A stretch of DNA of 64,000 bases from Candidatus Babelota bacterium (GTDB taxonomy: Bacteria; Babelota; Babeliae; Babelales; CAIQNR01): positions 250,696 to 314,695 of the forward strand of contig CBFHTA010000001.1 in assembly GCA_965658655.1 (NCBI GenBank), read 5' to 3'. The translations under genes and the position numbers were made by a program. Positions 63,780 to 64,000 of the stretch are shown piece after piece. The stretch's first letter is position 1, and every line of letters begins with the position of its first letter. The notes below the pieces were generated by a model. The model was not told the origin of the DNA and did no database searches. It was given only the letters and a program-made list of their open reading frames with translations.

Positions 63780-64000
63780 ATGAAAATGCCATCCATTTTT
63801 CCGGTGGCTTCTCATACTGACAATGTTGGCCCCGGATCTACGTTTGTAGCTATCAGGGGCCTTAATTTTGATGGTCACAATTACATTGATCTGGCATTAG
63901 AAAAAGGTGCCACTAAGATTGTTAAAGAATGTAAAGAAACCCCAAATACACGCAAAGTGCTTGCTGAGTTAAGTGCGCAAGCTGCTGGGCACCCTGCAAA
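63780..64000 (+). CDS. murE: Mur ligase N-terminus, most likely MurE (3' end outside the window)
   Basis: Own translation: MKMPSIFPVASHTDNVGPGSTFVAIRGLNFDGHNYIDLALEKGATKIV...RKVLAELSAQAAGHPA. This is the typical tDSR.v.pG.lFvA..G...DGh.fi..A...GA pattern. The ORF runs off the window. Confidence 0.65.
   Translation, partial: MKMPSIFPVASHTDNVGPGSTFVAIRGLNFDGHNYIDLALEKGATKIVKECKETPNTRKVLAELSAQAAGHPA

Overview
This is a low-GC, gene-dense bacterial window of about 75 features. Most of it is housekeeping: tyrS (3' part), alr, rlmB, the ftsQ-like/ftsA/ftsZ block, secA, galE, hisS, mutL, prmC, rnhB, rpsF-rpsR, truA, gpmI, rsmE, tsaB, ruvX, mgtE, tRNA-Lys, tRNA-Glu and the 5' end of murE. TamB-like, BamD-like and beta-barrel genes point to a diderm envelope. 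Scattered among these are many genes for signal-peptide proteins with eukaryote-like repeat architectures. That mix suggests a host-associated or intracellular lifestyle, possibly Dependentiae/TM6-like, but this is inference only. The strongest candidate system is a tandem triad at 27294-32109 (minus strand). Each protein has a Sec signal peptide, a variable array of atypical 37-39 aa ankyrin repeats, a C-terminal U-box/RING-like module and a strictly conserved acidic tail (LDTFIYPYESKDEEESS). These look like secreted E3-ubiquitin-ligase-type effectors. A perfect 33-bp inverted repeat and a shared upstream 18-mer lie between the genes. Other notable loci are listed here:
- A G+C-richer secreted proline-rich protein (LPPPP motifs, 117-bp tandem repeat) sits directly downstream of a beta-barrel gene.
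- Two paralogous BspA-like LRR genes are coupled to a small beta-barrel gene. One LRR gene has its signal peptide cut off by an in-frame TAG.
- There is a 24-residue-type LRR protein with 144-bp DNA repeats.
- Two secreted proteins look TraB/GumN/Tiki-like.
- There is a secreted single-HKD PLD protein.
- A GspE/PilB ATPase stands alone without partner genes.
- A 59-aa zinc-ribbon ORF falls below the ORF-track cutoff.
All functional calls rest on motifs read by eye; no database search was run.
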